Assembly: GCA_003971905.1 (NCBI GenBank)
Contig: RSEE01000076.1
Location: 186,001-250,000, forward strand
From: Moniliella sp. 'wahieum'
Taxonomy: Eukaryota
DNA length: 64,000 bases
Direction of reading: 5' to 3'
Part shown: one piece after another, positions 61,813 through 64,000 of the stretch
How the letters are laid out: the number at the start of each line of letters is the position of its first letter
How positions within the stretch are numbered: the stretch's first letter is position 1
Translations under genes and position numbers: made by a program
Notes under the pieces: model-generated
What the model was told of the DNA's origin: nothing
Seen by the model: the letters and a program-made list of their open reading frames with translations, nothing else
Database searches by the model: none

Positions 61813-61917
61813 GCACTCGTGATCAAGTGGTTAAGATGCAACTTTCCCATAACATTGGGGTTCCATCATGAGGAGCTAGCACAAGTTGTTGCCCGGGTTC
61901 GAATCCCGGCGAGTGCA
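61813..61917 (+). tRNA. tRNA-Gly(CCC), intron-containing
   Basis: GCACTCG/CGAGTGC-A acceptor; CAACT-TT-CCC-A[intron containing TTGGGG]-AGTTG anticodon arm; CCGGG-TTCGAAT-CCCGG T arm; T-run after. Confidence 0.9.
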
Positions 61918-62459
61918 CCTTTTTTGTTCTTCTTGGTCTCCCACCAATCTTCCCCTGCCCCAGCTTTCAGGCTCATCTGTCTCTCCATTTCCCGAGACAA
62001 AATCTGCACGAAGATGGGGTTGCACGACAACTCTTCTATATAGGCTCACCTCCACGTCGACAGCCAAGTGCGTTGTTTCGACTGAGCTCACAGTGCGACA
62101 ATACAACAAGTCCAGACTGATCTCCGTCATGCTCTGTGCCCTGTTGCGTTCTTCACGCAACAAGTGCAAATGTAGACTGAGGTCATCTCGTAGGGGTACG
62201 TCTTTGGGTGCGTGATGCACCTGTGCGCGCCCAGAAAATTAAAGTTCGGGGGCGGGGGACGTTGCACATGAAGCTCTGTGCGATAGCCGATCCTCAACAA
62301 GCTGATTGTGCGCTCCATCAGGAACACCCCTCATCTTCTCAAAGAGCTGGGCACACTCATTTCTCAAGGAACCGACTGATGTAGAGGAAGAAGAGGATGA
62401 AACGCGGCTCGAGAGGAAGGCCATTGCAGGTGGCCCGCATTATCATGGAGTGAGTGGAG

Positions 62460-62600
62460 ACCCCGAGCGTTTTGGAGGACCACCAAGAATGGAAGAGGAG
62501 GCTCACGCTTTGAGGGGCTTTTGGCGTAAAAGAAGGGCAAGAGTGCGTACCGGAAGGTGAGGTACATGCGGAAAAACACCTGGAACGTATTGGAACGGCC
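62460..62600 (+). repeat. Fragment D of the dispersed degenerate coding repeat
   Basis: AGAGTGCGTACCGGAAGGTG (62540-62559) matches the reverse complement of 44790-44809 at 19/20. Translation KSAYRKVRY..LER versus QSAYRRVVHY..LER. Confidence 0.65.
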
Positions 62601-62636
62601 CCGTTGCGATGGAAGTCACGAAGGCTATTTCATCGG

Positions 62637-62729
62637 GCTTCAATGGGTTAGTGGTATACTATATCGTTGCCAAGCAGCTTCAAGCTTCTTCGCCTCGATA
62701 TGACAGGGGTTCGATTCCCCTTTGAAGCA
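62637..62729 (+). tRNA. tRNA-Gly(GCC), intron-containing
   Basis: GCTTCAA/TTGAAGC-A acceptor; TATCG-TT-GCC-A[intron]-T-CGATA anticodon arm; AGGGG-TTCGATT-CCCCT T arm; T-run after. Confidence 0.92.
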
Positions 62730-64000
62730 TATTTTTGGTCGTTCACCGCCCTAGGCAACACGACAGAACCAACGAAGGTACAGTAGGGGATTTGGGGTTG
62801 GGGATCTGTGAAAAGTGAATGGACGCAATACTGCGCGCCACTGTAACGTATATATTAGAGCCGTTCGCCTGCGCATCTTTGGAACAGGTTTTTTTCATTC
62901 CACAAGTGGACCAGAACCCGACGGAGGGCAGCGTAAAGGTACTTTCCGTTTCCTTTCATACGACACTTTGCTGGTCGCATAAATCCCCCAGGAGAGCGCA
63001 GTATTATATGTTTTTCCTTCAACGGCTGGCCCACAGTAGACACCCGGCTATCTTGGAGGGTGGAAACCGCAGAGCAACAGACGTTTTGATCATGTATAGC
63101 TGAGCTGTACACACGAGCTTAGGAAATATTCCATCCCTCCAGAAAAAGGGAGAACACCGGAAGGACTGTGCAACAAGCTGGGCCTGGGATGCCATCATGC
63201 CATATAGAAACCTTGCGCCATGATATATGGACCATACTGCCCCGTGCTGGATGACGAGACAAGAGGTGATGCATGATGCATGACGCAGACCAACAGCAGC
63301 CGGGGTAAATTTTAAAGCCCGTCTCCTTGCCAGGCGGGCCAATGCCGTGGGCTGCCATGGCTTGGAGCCAAAGAGGAGGCCTGACGAGGCTCTCGCTGCA
63401 TGTCTTCCTCCCATGGGACAAGACCGTGGAATCGATGCCGTCTCAATCGGCAGCAACGTGATACTTTAGGGTTAGGGTTGGCATGGCGAGACAGTGAGTT
63501 TTTTGTGGTTGCAACAATCCACCATCAGCTTCCGGCCCGGACAACGATCCAAAGAGGCCAACAGTAGGCTTATCGATCAAAGTCATCCTCACTGGCCTCC
63601 ATTGCGGGTGCGTTCCTAACAGGTCGAGTCAACTATGGCATCCACTATCAAGACTGGTCCCACGCACTAAGCCACTGGCCTTGGCGCCCTCACAATCGCA
63701 AGCAGAAGAGAAGGGAGAGATTACTGTTCAATAGGTTGGCTACTCCCCACCGACTTGTCTGGTCCTCCAACGCAGTCCACTCGCCAAAGGGATCAATCCG
63801 GCCCAACCACAACGAGCACGTCCCGGGGACGGATGAAAAGACCGACGGATTTTGTGCTGTCCCGCTGCGGCACCATGACCGACAGGGGGGAAGTGCTGCG
63901 GAACGAAAGAGGTGGCGAATCGGTCAAGGAACGCGTGCCTGGGCCCGACGATGCACCCGACCACCTCCGTCCGCCTGCCCGACCCAAGGGGTGGAGAGGC

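Noticed and set aside
63466..63479. TTAGGGTTAGGGTT as a telomere remnant
   Set aside because: Only two units; compatible with chance.
63740..64000. Possible 3' end of a minus-strand gene at the window edge
   Set aside because: Short frames without recognisable motifs; cannot be supported from this window.

Overview
Eukaryotic, GC-rich fungal DNA, most consistent with a basidiomycete yeast or smut-like fungus (Ustilaginomycotina-like: Khd4-type KH protein, short GT..AG introns, intron-containing tRNAs). It holds about 18 recognisable housekeeping genes: SNF5, VPS68, NHX1, PRO1, complex I 24-kDa subunit, OAC1, RVS167, an amino-acid permease, a GH105-like hydrolase, 3-hydroxyacyl-CoA dehydrogenase, RPL8, CUB1/DUF2408, a PX-domain protein, SFK1-like, capping protein alpha, a choline oxidase-like GMC enzyme, UBE2W-like E2, a KH protein, GAD and a WW protein. 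There are also 3 tRNA genes, a genuinely decayed ARP1 pseudogene and at least 4 fragments of an unidentified dispersed, degenerate coding family. Most conserved genes carry single-base indels, best explained as unpolished long-read errors, so gene ends are approximate. The most unusual signal is in non-coding DNA. It is repeatedly filled with short tandem arrays of 7-bp period whose unit is typically an A-N4-T hexamer (usually palindromic: AACGTT, ATCGAT, ACATGT, AGTACT, AGCGCT, ACCGGT, AAGCTT, ATGCAT, ACGCGT, ACTAGT) plus one spacer base. One such insert sits inside a conserved motif of the ARP1 pseudogene, which suggests an ongoing sequence-writing or repair process rather than a set of unrelated microsatellites.
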